This document shows, in pieces, positions 25,955 to 37,726 of a stretch of 64,000 nucleotides of DNA. This DNA comes from the human T2T-CHM13v2.0 reference genome, Homo sapiens. Where the stretch lies: NCBI RefSeq assembly GCF_009914755.1, contig NC_060947.1; one strand, given 5' to 3'. The translations under genes were made by a program, and so were the position numbers. The number at the start of each line of letters is the position of its first letter. Positions within the stretch are counted from its first letter, which is position 1. A model generated the notes under the pieces. The model made no database searches. It was given only the letters and a program-made list of their open reading frames with translations, and had not been told where the DNA came from.

Positions 25955-26549
25955 TGGAAGTCAGTGTGGCAATTCCTCAGGGATCTACAACTAGAAATAC
26001 CATTTGACCCAGCCATCCCATTACTGGGTATATACCCAAAGGACTATAAATCATGCTGCTATAAAGACACATGCACACGTATGTTTATTGCAGCACTGTT
26101 CACAATAGCAAAGACTTGGAACCAACCCAAAAGTCCAACGATGATAGACTGGATTAAGAAAATGTGGCACATATACACCATGGAATACTATGCAGCCATA
26201 AAAAATGATGAGTTCATGTCCTTTGTAGGGACATGGATGAAATTGGAAATCATCATTCTCAGTAAACTATCGCAAGAACAAAAAACCAAACACCGCATAT
26301 TCTCACTCATAGGTGAGAATTGAACAATGAGAACACATGGACACAGGAAGGGGAACATCACACTCTGGGGACTGTTGTGGGGTGGGGGGAGGGGGGAGGG
26401 ATAGCATTGGGAGATATACCTAATGCTAGTTGACAAGTTAGTGGGTGCAGCGCACCAGCATGGCACATGTATACATATGTAACTAACCTGCACATTGTAC
26501 ACATGTACCCTAAAACTTAAAGTATAATAATAATAATAATAATAAAAAA
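25955..26549 (+). mobile_element. 5'-truncated young L1 (L1PA2-like)
   Basis: Open ORF2 C-terminus WKSVW...EIPFDPAIPLLGIYPKDYKSCCYKDTC...HRIFSLIGEN*; 3'UTR gcattgggagat, ttagtgggtgcagcgcacc; lacks the L1HS-Ta ACA diagnostic (has AAG); (AAT)n tail. Confidence 0.95.
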
Positions 26550-26749
26550 GAAAATGCAAAGAGAGTGGATGTGAAGGGTTCTCACAACAAAGGAGAACTA
26601 CATCAGGTAATCCATTTGTTAACCAGCTAAATTTAACCATTCTACAATGTATATACATTTCAAGACATCATGTTGTACACAATAAATACATACAATTTTG
26701 TATGTCAGTTTTTTAAAAAAAAATTTTAAAAAGAAATATATTTAAAAGG

Positions 26750-27876
<1,127 letters not shown>

Positions 27877-27884
27877 GAGATTGA

Positions 27885-28072
27885 TCCAGCTCTGATATAT
27901 CTGTACAACTTTGGCCAAGTTTGTTTTACTCACTGAGCCTTAGTTTCCTTATCTGATAAATGTGGATAGTAAAAGAACCTACATTACTGAACAGTTTTGA
28001 GGATTAGTGATCATAAAATGGAGCTTAGCACATTGCTTCAACCATAGTAAGCAATATATAAATGGTAGCTAG
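27885..28072 (+). mobile_element. MIR SINE
   Basis: ctgagccttagtttccttatctgataaatgtggatagtaa...tagtaagcaatatataaatggtagcta. Confidence 0.8.
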
Positions 28073-28198
28073 TCTTATTAGTAGACACAAAGTGGTTACA
28101 AACACTAGTTAATTCCATTGTATGTGTGTCTGTATGTTTTGTCTAACTCTACACAGGAGTTTCTTCTGCTTTAGATTACTATTTAATAATATAATAGA

Positions 28199-28855
28199 GA
28201 ATCAGTTAGCTTTTGCTGTGTAAAAAACAACGTCAAGATCCCAGTTGCAAACAATAATAAGCACTAATTATTCATGCATCTGAGACTGGGCTGGGCAGTT
28301 CTACTTGTCTGGATTTGCTCATCTGTCTGTGGGTTACATGGCTGGTCGCTATCACAGTTGGGGTGGGTAAGATGAGTGAGCTTTGCTCCCTGAACCTTTT
28401 CCTCCAGTATACGGATTAGTGAACCAAATTCAGCCCACTACCTGTTTTTGTAACTAACATTTCACTGGAACACAGACCTGCCCATTTTTCTATGTATTGT
28501 GTATGGTTGTTTTTGCACCGCAACAGCAGAGTGAAGTCATGGCAACAAAGATCATATGACCCGTAAAGCCTAAAATATTTATTACCTGGACCTTTACCGA
28601 AAACGTTTGCCAATCACTGCTCTAAAAGGCTAGGTTCAGGTATGTCCTCCTGCTGATGATAAAGAAGGAAAAAACTAAGCACCAATCCATACATCCTTTT
28701 TTGAGCCGGTTTGTGTCCTATCTGCTTAATGCCCAACTGGCCAAAGAAAATCACAAGCCTGAGCCCAGAATCAAGCGGCAAGGCACTGCAGTTACATAGT
28801 AAAGAAATGGACACAGAAGGGTCAAATGATTGGGGCCAATAATGCAATCTACCAC
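28199..28855 (-). mobile_element. MLT1-family solo LTR interrupted by MER58A
   Basis: Starts tcagttagcttttgctgtgtaa, contains tggccaaagaaaatcacaagcctgagcccaga, ends aataatgcaatctaccac. Confidence 0.7.
28410..28619 (+). mobile_element. MER58A (hAT-Charlie)
   Basis: cctgtttttgtaa...ggaacacag...aaagcctaaaatatttattacctggacctttaccgaaaacgtttgcc. Confidence 0.85.
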
Positions 28856-28975
28856 GACTAATTTTCACAATCTTTTTTTTTAGGAATATTCGCATGTGAG
28901 TGCATATTTGGAACTTGGTACTTTCTCCTACTTTCAGCAAACTTTGGGTACATAAGGAAGCAATGATCTCCCCTA

Positions 28976-29166
28976 GTAGTTGACAAACATTTTTATCAAG
29001 GGCCAAATATTAAATATTTTAGGTTTTGTGGACCATATGATCCCTATCAAAACTACTCAAATCTGTTGTAACATTGAGGGAGCCATAGAACATATGTAAA
29101 CAAGTGGGTGTGGCTGTGTTCTAATAAAGCCTTATTCACAAAACAGGCCATACTTTGCCTGCTCCT
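28976..29166 (-). mobile_element. MER58A (hAT-Charlie), opposite orientation
   Basis: aagggccaaatattaaatattttaggttttgtggaccata...gtgtggctgtgttctaataaa. Confidence 0.8.
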
Positions 29167-29269
29167 AGTCTACCCCATATGGAGATAAGAAAATTGAGGC
29201 ACAAAGAACTTAGACGACTTGCCCAGTATCAGACAGCTAATCAATGATTAAACAGGATCAAGAGCTACA

Positions 29270-29583
29270 GTCATACAGTAGCCAACCCAGCAGATGTAAT
29301 ATGCTTGGTCCACACAAAGTTATAAAAAGATTTGAACTATTTGGCAACATGTAAAAATTGGGAGAATTCGCATAAATATCTGGCTGTCAAGTTTTGTTAA
29401 AGATTGGAACATATAAAAATATTGGACTCATATTCTCACAATACAACAATTGGTTAGAGCCAAGTAACTGCCATTCCATTAGATGTACTCTCAGCTTCAC
29501 CATTTCTTGTGACCCTGCATTTGGCCCAGGTTACTCATTTACATGATTTCTCTGGCCCCTGTGGGCACATAAATTTACTACCA
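29270..29583. mobile_element. MER102-like hAT DNA transposon inside a MIR
   Basis: caacatgtaaaaattgggagaattcgcataaatatctgg and ctcatttacatgatttctctggcccctgtgggca resemble MER102; MIR core at 29170-29260 precedes it. Confidence 0.65.
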
Positions 29584-30374
29584 TAGACTTGGAACCCAGG
29601 TAACCTAATTTCCCAGTTTCAGATCTTTTCCTCTTGACTACTTTATCTGGCCAAGCCACTCTGATATGGTAAGTTTTAGGTTTTAAAACTTGGTTTTAAA
29701 TTTTAAGAACTCCTTTGTCTAAGAAGAAGTATCTTCCTCCTCTATGGATCTCTGGAGATAATCAGACTTTCTGATTTAATTAGTTTAGAATCCATAAAGA
29801 TGTGTTTCAGAGAAGTGATTTGTGACCAAATCTCTCCTTTATTACAAGTAGAAAGTATAATTTGCAATGTCTACTGAGGTGATTTTAAACTGTGGATTGT
29901 CTTTAATAAATATTTCTTGGCACCTGAGCTAGAAATATTGGGAGAGAAAGTGAAAAAAAGTGATTTAAGAGCAAGTGCTCTTTGCACACACTTCTGTGCC
30001 TATCTTATTAAAATTTTATGGTCATTAAATGAATTTAGGCTTGGAATTATTTGGTGCCACAACAGTTAATAGATTTACATTCATAGAGATTTCTTGTCTT
30101 AATTTGAAAATAGGTGAAAGCAATGACATCCTTAGAAAATTCCACCTCATGCACTGAGATTTGTACGTGACATGTATCTTCTGGTAAGTAGCTTCCTTTC
30201 TTCAGGAGTTCTAAACAACCACTTGACTATGATTAAAGATAATTCAGCACACACATTTACATCATACAACCAATACCTGTAATAACACCTCCCAAAGACT
30301 TGTAGTGGATCCCGTATTACAGACTGAAGGTCATGCCTGTGGAAAAAAAGAAAAGAAAATGGAATGAAACTATC

Positions 30375-30560
30375 ATTAATAAGCTTTTATTATAATAGCA
30401 ATCAACATGCTAGCTGCTTTACAGAACTTTAGCTTCATTTAGTCCACAGAACAATCCATTGGAATAGGCACTTTTATAATTCCCATTTCACAGTGGAGGT
30501 AACTGAAGTTCAGTGTGCATAAGTAATCTGCCCAAAGCCATGCTAAGTGGCAGGGCTGAA
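30375..30560 (-). mobile_element. MIR SINE
   Basis: cccatttcacagtggaggtaactgaagttcag...aagtaatctgcccaaag...aagtggcagggctg. Confidence 0.75.
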
Positions 30561-30740
30561 TTTTTTTTTATTTTAACTTAGATGCAAGGGATATATGTAT
30601 AGGTTCGCTACATGGGTATTTTGCACCCAGGTAGTGAGCATAGTACCTAATAGGTAGTTTTTCAACTCACACCCCTCTCCCTACCTTCCCCCATCTAATA
30701 GTCCACAGTGCCTATTGTTCCCATGTTTATGTGTAGGTGT
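30561..30740 (-). mobile_element. Older L1PA/L1PB 3'-end fragment (PA15/16-like)
   Basis: acccaggtagtgagcatagtacctaataggtagtttttcaac; approximate TSD agggctgaatttt/agaactggatttt. Confidence 0.8.
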
Positions 30741-32379
30741 AGAACTGGATTTTTCATGCAAGCCTCTCAGATTACTGTGTAGGGAGTTACTTGAGGGTAG
30801 AATAATTGTAATGGATGTGTCTGGTAGATAGAAAAACTAAAAAATATAGTGATGGCTTTCTATTTAGCTAGCTAGCTCAACAAGATTAGAGCAAGGCCAA
30901 ACCAGGGCTAAAGGCAATGATCAAAGATAAAATAAACAAAGCTACTATAAGGCTTCCACATTACAAAAAGGTATCTCTTTGTCATTACACACAGAATGAG
31001 GCTAGTGCTATTATGCTTACTCTGGCAGTCAAATGAAAAATTCTTGCTTTGGGAGGTTTGTTCACAGAAGTGTTCCCAATTTGCAGAATTCTAATAAAAG
31101 GCTTTCAAACATTCATCAATCCATTCTGAGCTATTGTGGCATTCTTTTTGTCAAGGATTTTGAGTGAGATTATTTGCCTGTGGTTATTAAGGCTCTTGTA
31201 GAGGCATAAAAAGTAAGCTCTCTTGAAAAAGGATTTAACTCATTAAATTCTGTTCTGCCTGACGTACATACTTGCATTGTTCTGTCCTCCCCTTAGAGAA
31301 AATTGATGTATATTCCCCTTGTCCTGCAAAACTACTGGCAATTGTGCTGAGAGAAAATTTCTAAGAATGCCTCTTGGCATGATATAAGGTGAAGTCTTAC
31401 CTGAAAATAAACAGAAGTTGTTTTCCAAAGAGCTATTTAAGCGGTTGAATGCAATTTGCAACAGGATTTTGTATACACAGTTGCATGTCTGATTGAGCTT
31501 GAAGATTGCATGTGCAAAGCATCAGATGTTCAAAAAAGATTTTATGCACAAACATTCTGATCATCACCCATTTTATCGTTGGCATAAATGACCCAAAAGG
31601 TAAGCATATAGCTTTAGGTATACTTCTTGTTGCATCAAATTCTTCTTTAACATTTAAAAGAGTTGCTGTATAAAAAAGAGTGGAAGGTCACTTGATAGGC
31701 TAGCCATAATCAAATGGTGACTATCATCCAATTTTTTATTTTTGTTTTGACTACCAATGTCTATCTTCTTCATTGTACACTGATTATTTTTTAATATTTC
31801 TATAACTCATTTTCTGCATTTCCTGATCCTTTCCAGGTTACTTTTATTACATTAATAGTATCAGAAGAGTAAAGCAAGGCAACAGAGCTTAAGTAAAATA
31901 GAGATTTACATATGTGAGTTTCACACTACCTACTTGAGGCCATCCTAGCTAACTGATACTTCTTTGTTGTTTTTGTACATGCAATTCGAAGTAGAAGAAA
32001 AACTCAAATCTTAATAATATACTGAAATTAGGATGCTTGGATATTTTTGCATGTGTGACATCATTAAAGCCTGAAACCTTAACTACAAGGGAGACTGGAA
32101 ATGTAACTTATAATTTTCCAGCATCTGCCATTCAAGAAGATACTTTAAGAGTTGAAACAGTTATTGAATAAATCAGTCTACCACATCTGCTATACAAAAG
32201 ACTGGAAAAAAAAACTTGCCACAAGTTCTAGTTTTAAAAAATTGAGAAACAGAGGTTAAGAAGGGGTTTAATACTTATAAATAATTTAAGCATACGAATG
32301 TGTTATTTAATAAATCACCATTAAAATGCTGGCACATTTTGGACATACCCTTAATTGCTGTTCATAAGAATCAATATTC

Positions 32380-33250
32380 TAATAATATTTATTGAATACC
32401 TACATTATTCAAGGAATTGTGTGAGAGTAGTTAGACATGGTTCCTGGAAATTTACATTCTAACAGCTAATATAAGAGCTAGGAACAATTAACAATACAAA
32501 GTAAAATGTGCATGTATTGATGAAATGTTAACTGCATTAGTGAAGACTCAGGAAAAGTTTCAGGAAGGATATGGCATTTGAATTTGGCCTTAACAAATGT
32601 GTTAGGCAAAGAAAAATCAAATTAATACTTGTAATTTTATAGCATTTCTTCAGTTTACAGAATACATTTACATATATTTTCTCATTCCGATTTCACAGCA
32701 ATTACCTCATATAACTAGCTAAATGTTTTCCCTGTTTCATAGATAAAGAAATTGAGGTTCAGACCACACATCTGGGAAGCAGCAGAGATGAAAAATGAAC
32801 TCATCTGTTTCATGGCAATCCTACTGACGGATGGTATCACATTGGCACTACCACAGGAATTTAAAAACATAGGAATATAGGAATGGGTATTTCAGGTAAA
32901 GAAAGCAGTATGAACAAAATTACATTGGAATAAAAGCTGTTATTCATTAGAGACTGCAAACAATTTAGTTTGGCTGAATTTTAAGGGACACAAAGTAAAG
33001 AGACAAACTAGCAATGGTGGGTGAAAGCGAGACAGTAGGTAATTTTGAATATCAAACTAAAGCGTCTGTAGGCCTTAAGCATATGATTAAATTTTTAGAA
33101 AGACACGATTACTGCAGTGATTTATGAAACATCATGCATCAATTTGTAGGACTGAAATGCAGTGTGTGAAAGACAGGAAGATAGAATAAGAAGAAATAAG
33201 GATCTCATAATTGCCTAGGAAAGAGCAATGAGTGTAAATTAGTCTGGCTG
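32380..33250. mobile_element. Decayed L2 and MIR fragments
   Basis: aatatttattgaatacctac, agacatggttcctg, catttgaatttggcctt (L2-like); tttcatagataaagaaattgaggttcaga (MIR-like). Confidence 0.5.
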
Positions 33251-34032
33251 AATTATGAATCAAGACTTTCATCTGTAGCAATATGATTAACTAGATGCTT
33301 TGACACACACCTCAGCAATCCCCAAAATACAGAGATGATGGATAAAATCTAATAAATATATTTTTCAAATCAACACATAACTGAGCTCATAGCAAAGTAA
33401 GGAAAATGCCCAGGGATTAAAACTGAAGTGACAGCTGGAAAAAAAAAATGGTACACCGAAGCTAAACCTACTAGAGCCCTGGGAGTGTTTGCCAATCTTG
33501 TTAACTAAAAGGCTTGTTTTTTAATAATCCACTACCTAGGAAGAGGTGACACATTCTTGGGCTCATACAAGGTATGGAGCTGGAAGAGAATCTCCTCATT
33601 TCTCAAAACCTGAAACAACTCAGTGAATGAGTAGATTGGAAAAAAAAATCCACCCGATGGCAAATAAACAAGGAAAATAAGCTTAGCTCTGAGTAGATAA
33701 GGCTCCCTGAGAGGAGTATCTTATCAATAGGACTAACTATATCTAGTTTTAGGGTTTTAATTTATAATAGCTGCATGCTCTAGGAAAACATAAACTGAGA
33801 AATTAATTTAGCTCAATCCTTGGTTGGTAGTACACTGGGGTATCTGTCAGAATCAAGCACACATTTATGGAGGTATGGACCCTATACCAGGATTTCCAGG
33901 ATTCCACAAAGTCACAATTGATCATACATTCGTAATCCAAAATTATCATACATATTATACACCTCAAAGACAGTGGCAGTGGTTGAGGCAGTAACAGCAG
34001 CATGATTTTTGCTTCTGAATAAATTTCCTCAT

Positions 34033-34033
<1 letters not shown>

Positions 34034-34062
<29 letters not shown>
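34034..34062. repeat. (CA)n microsatellite
   Basis: Direct read. Confidence 0.9.
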
Positions 34063-34064
<2 letters not shown>

Positions 34065-35157
34065 CAACGAGGCTCATAACAACAGTAATCCATAGACAAT
34101 AAATCCAGGTGATAAGGTATCACCTCAAAATCTAGAATATGAATGAGTGGGGCCAAATCATTTAGCAGTAAAACCCATGAAGGAGTAGCAGTTGTGTGAG
34201 AGACATTAAAGGCAACATTTGGCAATCTCAAGATCTGGAAAACACAGAAATCACCAAAAAATGCTCACTCTCAGAAGAATGTCTCTGTATTCAAACTGGA
34301 GCACTCTGAAGGCAGCTGTGGCAACAGCAGTTGAAACTGAGAGGGGACTTGCAGGTTCCAATGTAATGAATGCAAGAAAACTGAAAGGTGCTAGGGTGTC
34401 ATGAGCTCTTAAGGCTTTGGAAATGCCCAATGAAAGAACTCTCCCAGAAGACTGTAACCCTATACAAAAAGAAACTGCTGGGAGTAGAAGACAGAAGTAT
34501 TGCATGAGAGGAGTTAGACATGGATACACAGCATTCAGATAACAGTGAAAAAAAAGGAGGAGAAGAACTGGTGATGCATACTACTGAAGATATACATGCA
34601 GTGAGAGGGTATATTTTTATTACTTTACAATATAACAGAAGAGGAAGTCCTAGGGCAATGAAGCTAGGGAAGCTATTCTGGCGCATCCCAAGAGGCTGCG
34701 GTGTGAAAGTGTTAAGAAACCCCATGTCACTTAAGCATGGGCAAGAAAAAAAGGAGGGTGATTGAACCCCATATCAAGATATGGTAAGAAAAGGATAATG
34801 ATCCACAAATCACAGTAAGAAAATGATGACACATGAGAAAAAAATACATAAATTTGGGACAAAGCTGATGAACCTATTATTTCAAGCTAAATGTAATTAC
34901 AAAAAAATATTAGAACAGAACAATACACATCATAATTAGAAAATTTAATAAAGGAGGTAGTAGCCAGGCTGCTGTAGCTGACAAAGCTCAGTTAAGAATT
35001 TTACAAAGAAATAAAAATTAAGAAAGACCACAAGGGACACAAAAGAGGATGGATGGGCTGAAAGTACAATAAGTGAACTAGAGAGTAGAAAGCAAAAGCA
35101 AAGATAAATTAAACATATATGAAGAAATATTTTTTCTTTATTTTTGAAAGTGATAAA

Positions 35158-35609
35158 TGTCAGGCCTCTGAGCCCAAGCCAAGCCATCGCATCCCCTGTG
35201 ACTTGCACGTATACGCCCAGATGGCCTGAAGTAAATGAAGAATCACAAAAGAAGTGAATATGCCCTGCCCCACCTTAACTGATGACATTCCACCACAAAA
35301 GAAGTGTAAATGGCCGGTCCTTGCCTTAACTGATGACATTACCTTGTGAAAGTCCTTTTCCTGGATCATCCTGGCTCAAAAGCACCCCCACTGAGCACCT
35401 TGCAACCCCCACTCCTGCCCGCCAGAGAACAAACCCCCTTTGACTGTAATTTTCCTTTACCTACCCAAATCCTATAAAACGGCCCTACCCTTATCTCCCT
35501 TCGCTGACTCTCTTTTTGGACTCAGCCCGCCTGCACCCAGGTGAAATAAACAGCCACGTTGCTCACACAAAGCCTGTTTGGTGGTCTCTTCACATGGACA
35601 CACATGAAA
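35158..35609 (+). promoter_or_regulatory. 5' LTR7 (452 bp; LTR7up-like) promoter/enhancer
   Basis: tgtcaggcctctgagcccaagcc...catgaaa; TATA tataaaa 35473-35479; aataaa 35545-35550; two ACAAAAGA motifs (35245-35252, 35295-35302). Confidence 0.95.
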
Positions 35610-35611
35610 TT

Positions 35612-35629
35612 TGGTGCCGTGACTTGGAT
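35612..35629 (+). other. Primer binding site, tRNA-His
   Basis: tggtgccgtgacttggat, one CpG-type mismatch from the tRNA-His 3' complement TGGTGCCGTGACTCGGAT, 2 nt after the LTR. Confidence 0.95.
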
Positions 35630-35752
35630 CGGGGTACCTCCCTTGGGAGATCAATCCCCTGTACTCCTGTTCTTTGCTCTGTGAGAAAGATCCACCTATG
35701 ACCTCAGGTCCTCAGACCGACCAGCCCAAGGAACATCTCACCAATTTTAAAT

Positions 35753-35761
35753 CGGGTAAGC
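35753..35761 (+). promoter_or_regulatory. HERV-H leader splice donor
   Basis: cgg/gtaagc about 146 nt downstream of the 5' LTR, where the HERV-H major donor is described; more donor-like sites aag/gtaaga (~36431) and aag/gtaagt (~37800). Confidence 0.7.
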
Positions 35762-36146
35762 GGCCTCTTCTTACTCTCTTCTCCAACCTCTCTCACTGTC
35801 CCTCAACCACTTTCTCCTTTCCACTCTTCAATCTCTCCCTTCTCTTAATTTCAATTCCTTTCATTTTCTGGGAGAGACAAAGGAGACACGTTTTATCCGT
35901 GGACCCAAAACTCCGGTGCCAGTCACGGACTGGGAAGGCAGCCTTCCCTTGGTGTTTAACCATGGCAGGGACACCTCTCTGATTATTCACCCAGGTTTCA
36001 GAGGTGTCAGACCACGCAGGGATGCCTGCCTTGGTCCTTCACCCTTAGCGGCAAGTCCCACTTTTCTGGGGGAGGGGCAAATATCCCTCAACCCCTTCTC
36101 CTTCACTCTTAGCGGCAAGTCCCACTTTTCTAGAGGAGGGGCAAGT

Positions 36147-36415
36147 ACCCCAACCTCGTATCTCTGTGCCCCAATCCCTTATTTCTGCACCCCAGCCTCT
36201 TATATCTCTGCGCCCCAATCCCTTATTTCTGCACCCCAACCTCATATCTCTGTGCCCCAATCCCTTATTTCCGCCGCCAACCTCTTATATCTCTGTGCCC
36301 CAATCCCTTATTTCCACACCCCGACCTCTTATTTCCGTGCCCCGACCCCTTATTTCTGCACCCCATCCCTTATTTCCATGCCCCAACCTCTTATCTCTGC
36401 GCCCCAACCCCTTTT
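36147..36415 (+). repeat. HERV-H pre-gag 21-bp (42-bp dimeric) tandem repeat, ~12-13 units
   Basis: Alternating tatctctgtgccccaatccct / tatttctgcaccccaacctct units. Confidence 0.9.
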
Positions 36416-36500
36416 CCCACTTTTCTGGAAGGTAAGAACCCCCGAACCCCTTCCCTCTGTTTCTCTACTCTCTCTTTTCTCTAGGCTTGCTTCCTTCACT

Positions 36501-37726
36501 ATGGGCAACCTTCCACCCTCCATTCCTCCTTCTACTCCCTTGGCCTGTGTTCTCAAAAACTTAAAACCTCTTCAACTCACACCTGACCTAAAACCTAAAT
36601 GCCTTATTTCCTTCTGCAATGCCGCTTCACCCCAATACCAACTCGACAGTAGTTCCAAATAGCCAGAAAATGGCACTTTGAATTTTTCCATCCTGCAAAA
36701 TCTAAATAATTCTTGTCGTAAAATAGGTAAACAGTCTGAGGTGCCTGACGTCCAGGCATTCTTTTACACATCAGTCCCTTCCTAGTCTCTGTGCCCAGTG
36801 CAACTCATCCCAAATCTTCCTTCTTTCCCTCCCGCCTGTCCCCTCAGTACCAACCCCAAGCATTGCTGAGTCTTTCTAATCTTCCTTTTCTACAGACCCA
36901 TCTGACCTCTCCCTTCCTCCCCAGGCTGCTCCTCGCCAGGCGGAGCTAGGTCCCAATTCTTCTTCAGCCTCTGCTCCTCCACCCTATAATCTTTTTATCA
37001 CCTCCCCTCCTCACACCAGGTCTGGCTTACACTTTCATTCTGTGACTAGCCCTCCCCCTCCTGCCCAGCAATTTACTCTTAAAAAGGTGGCTGGAGCTAA
37101 AGGCATAGTCAAGGTTAATGCTCCTTTTTCTTTATCCCAAATCACATAGCGTTTAGGCTCTTTTTCATCAAATATAAAAACCCAGCCCAGTTCATGACTT
37201 GTTTGGCAGCAACCCTGAGACACTTTACAGCCCTAGACCCTAAAACGTCAAAAGGCCATCTTATTCTCAAAGTACATTTTATTACCCAATCTGCTCCCGA
37301 CATTAAATAAAACTCCAAAAATTGGAATCTGGCCCTCAAACCCCACAACAGGACTTAATTAACCTCACCTTCAAGGTGTACAATAACAGAAAAAAGTTGC
37401 AATTCCTTGCCTCCACTCTGAGACAAACCCCAGCCACATCTCCAGCACACAAGAACTTCCAAACGCCTGAACCGCAGCGGCCAGGCATTCCTCCAGAACC
37501 TCCTCCCACAGGAGCTTGCTACACGTGCCGGAAATCTGGCCACTGGGCCAAGGAATGCCCGCAGCCCGGGATTCCTCCTAAGCCGCGTCCCATCTGTGTG
37601 GGACCCCACTGAAAATCAGACTGTTCAACTCACCTGGCAGCCACTCCCAGAGCCCCTGGAACTCTGGCCCAAGGCTCTCTGACTGACTCCTTCCCAGATC
37701 TTCTCGGATTAGCGGCTGAAGACTGA
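36501..37726 (+). pseudogene. gag: HERV-H gag remnant
   Basis: MGNLPPSIPPSTPLACVLKNL start at 36501; CCHC knuckle CYTCRKSGHWAKEC in ORF 37322-37612; second knuckle broken by a stop; multiple stops/frameshifts. Confidence 0.9.

Larger units (their letters stand above)
25127..26730 (+). mobile_element. L1MA 3' fragment hosting MER1B and L1PA2 insertions
   Basis: tcacaatagccaaggtatgaaatcaaccta, gtagaatggtggttaccagaggct, gtgactatagt; resumes at 26550 with gaaaatgcaaagagagtggat. Confidence 0.85.

Noticed and set aside
25955-26549. Human-specific active L1HS-Ta
   Set aside because: Lacks the ACA diagnostic (AAG, consistent with decayed GAG) and is only ~600 bp.
28410-29166. Two inverted MER58A copies as ends of a composite transposon
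   Set aside because: The first is nested inside an MLT1 that continues past it and no shared TSD brackets the pair; independent insertions are simpler.
33803-34765. Cluster of overlapping ORFs (up to 142 aa) upstream of HERV-H
   Set aside because: Lies in decayed L1M 5'/ORF1-region sequence, spans a (CA)n repeat and shows no domain similarity.
36147-36415. 21-bp repeat array as CRISPR-like or novel repeat system
   Set aside because: No unique spacers; it is the degenerate tandem repeat of the HERV-H pre-gag region in a primate genome.
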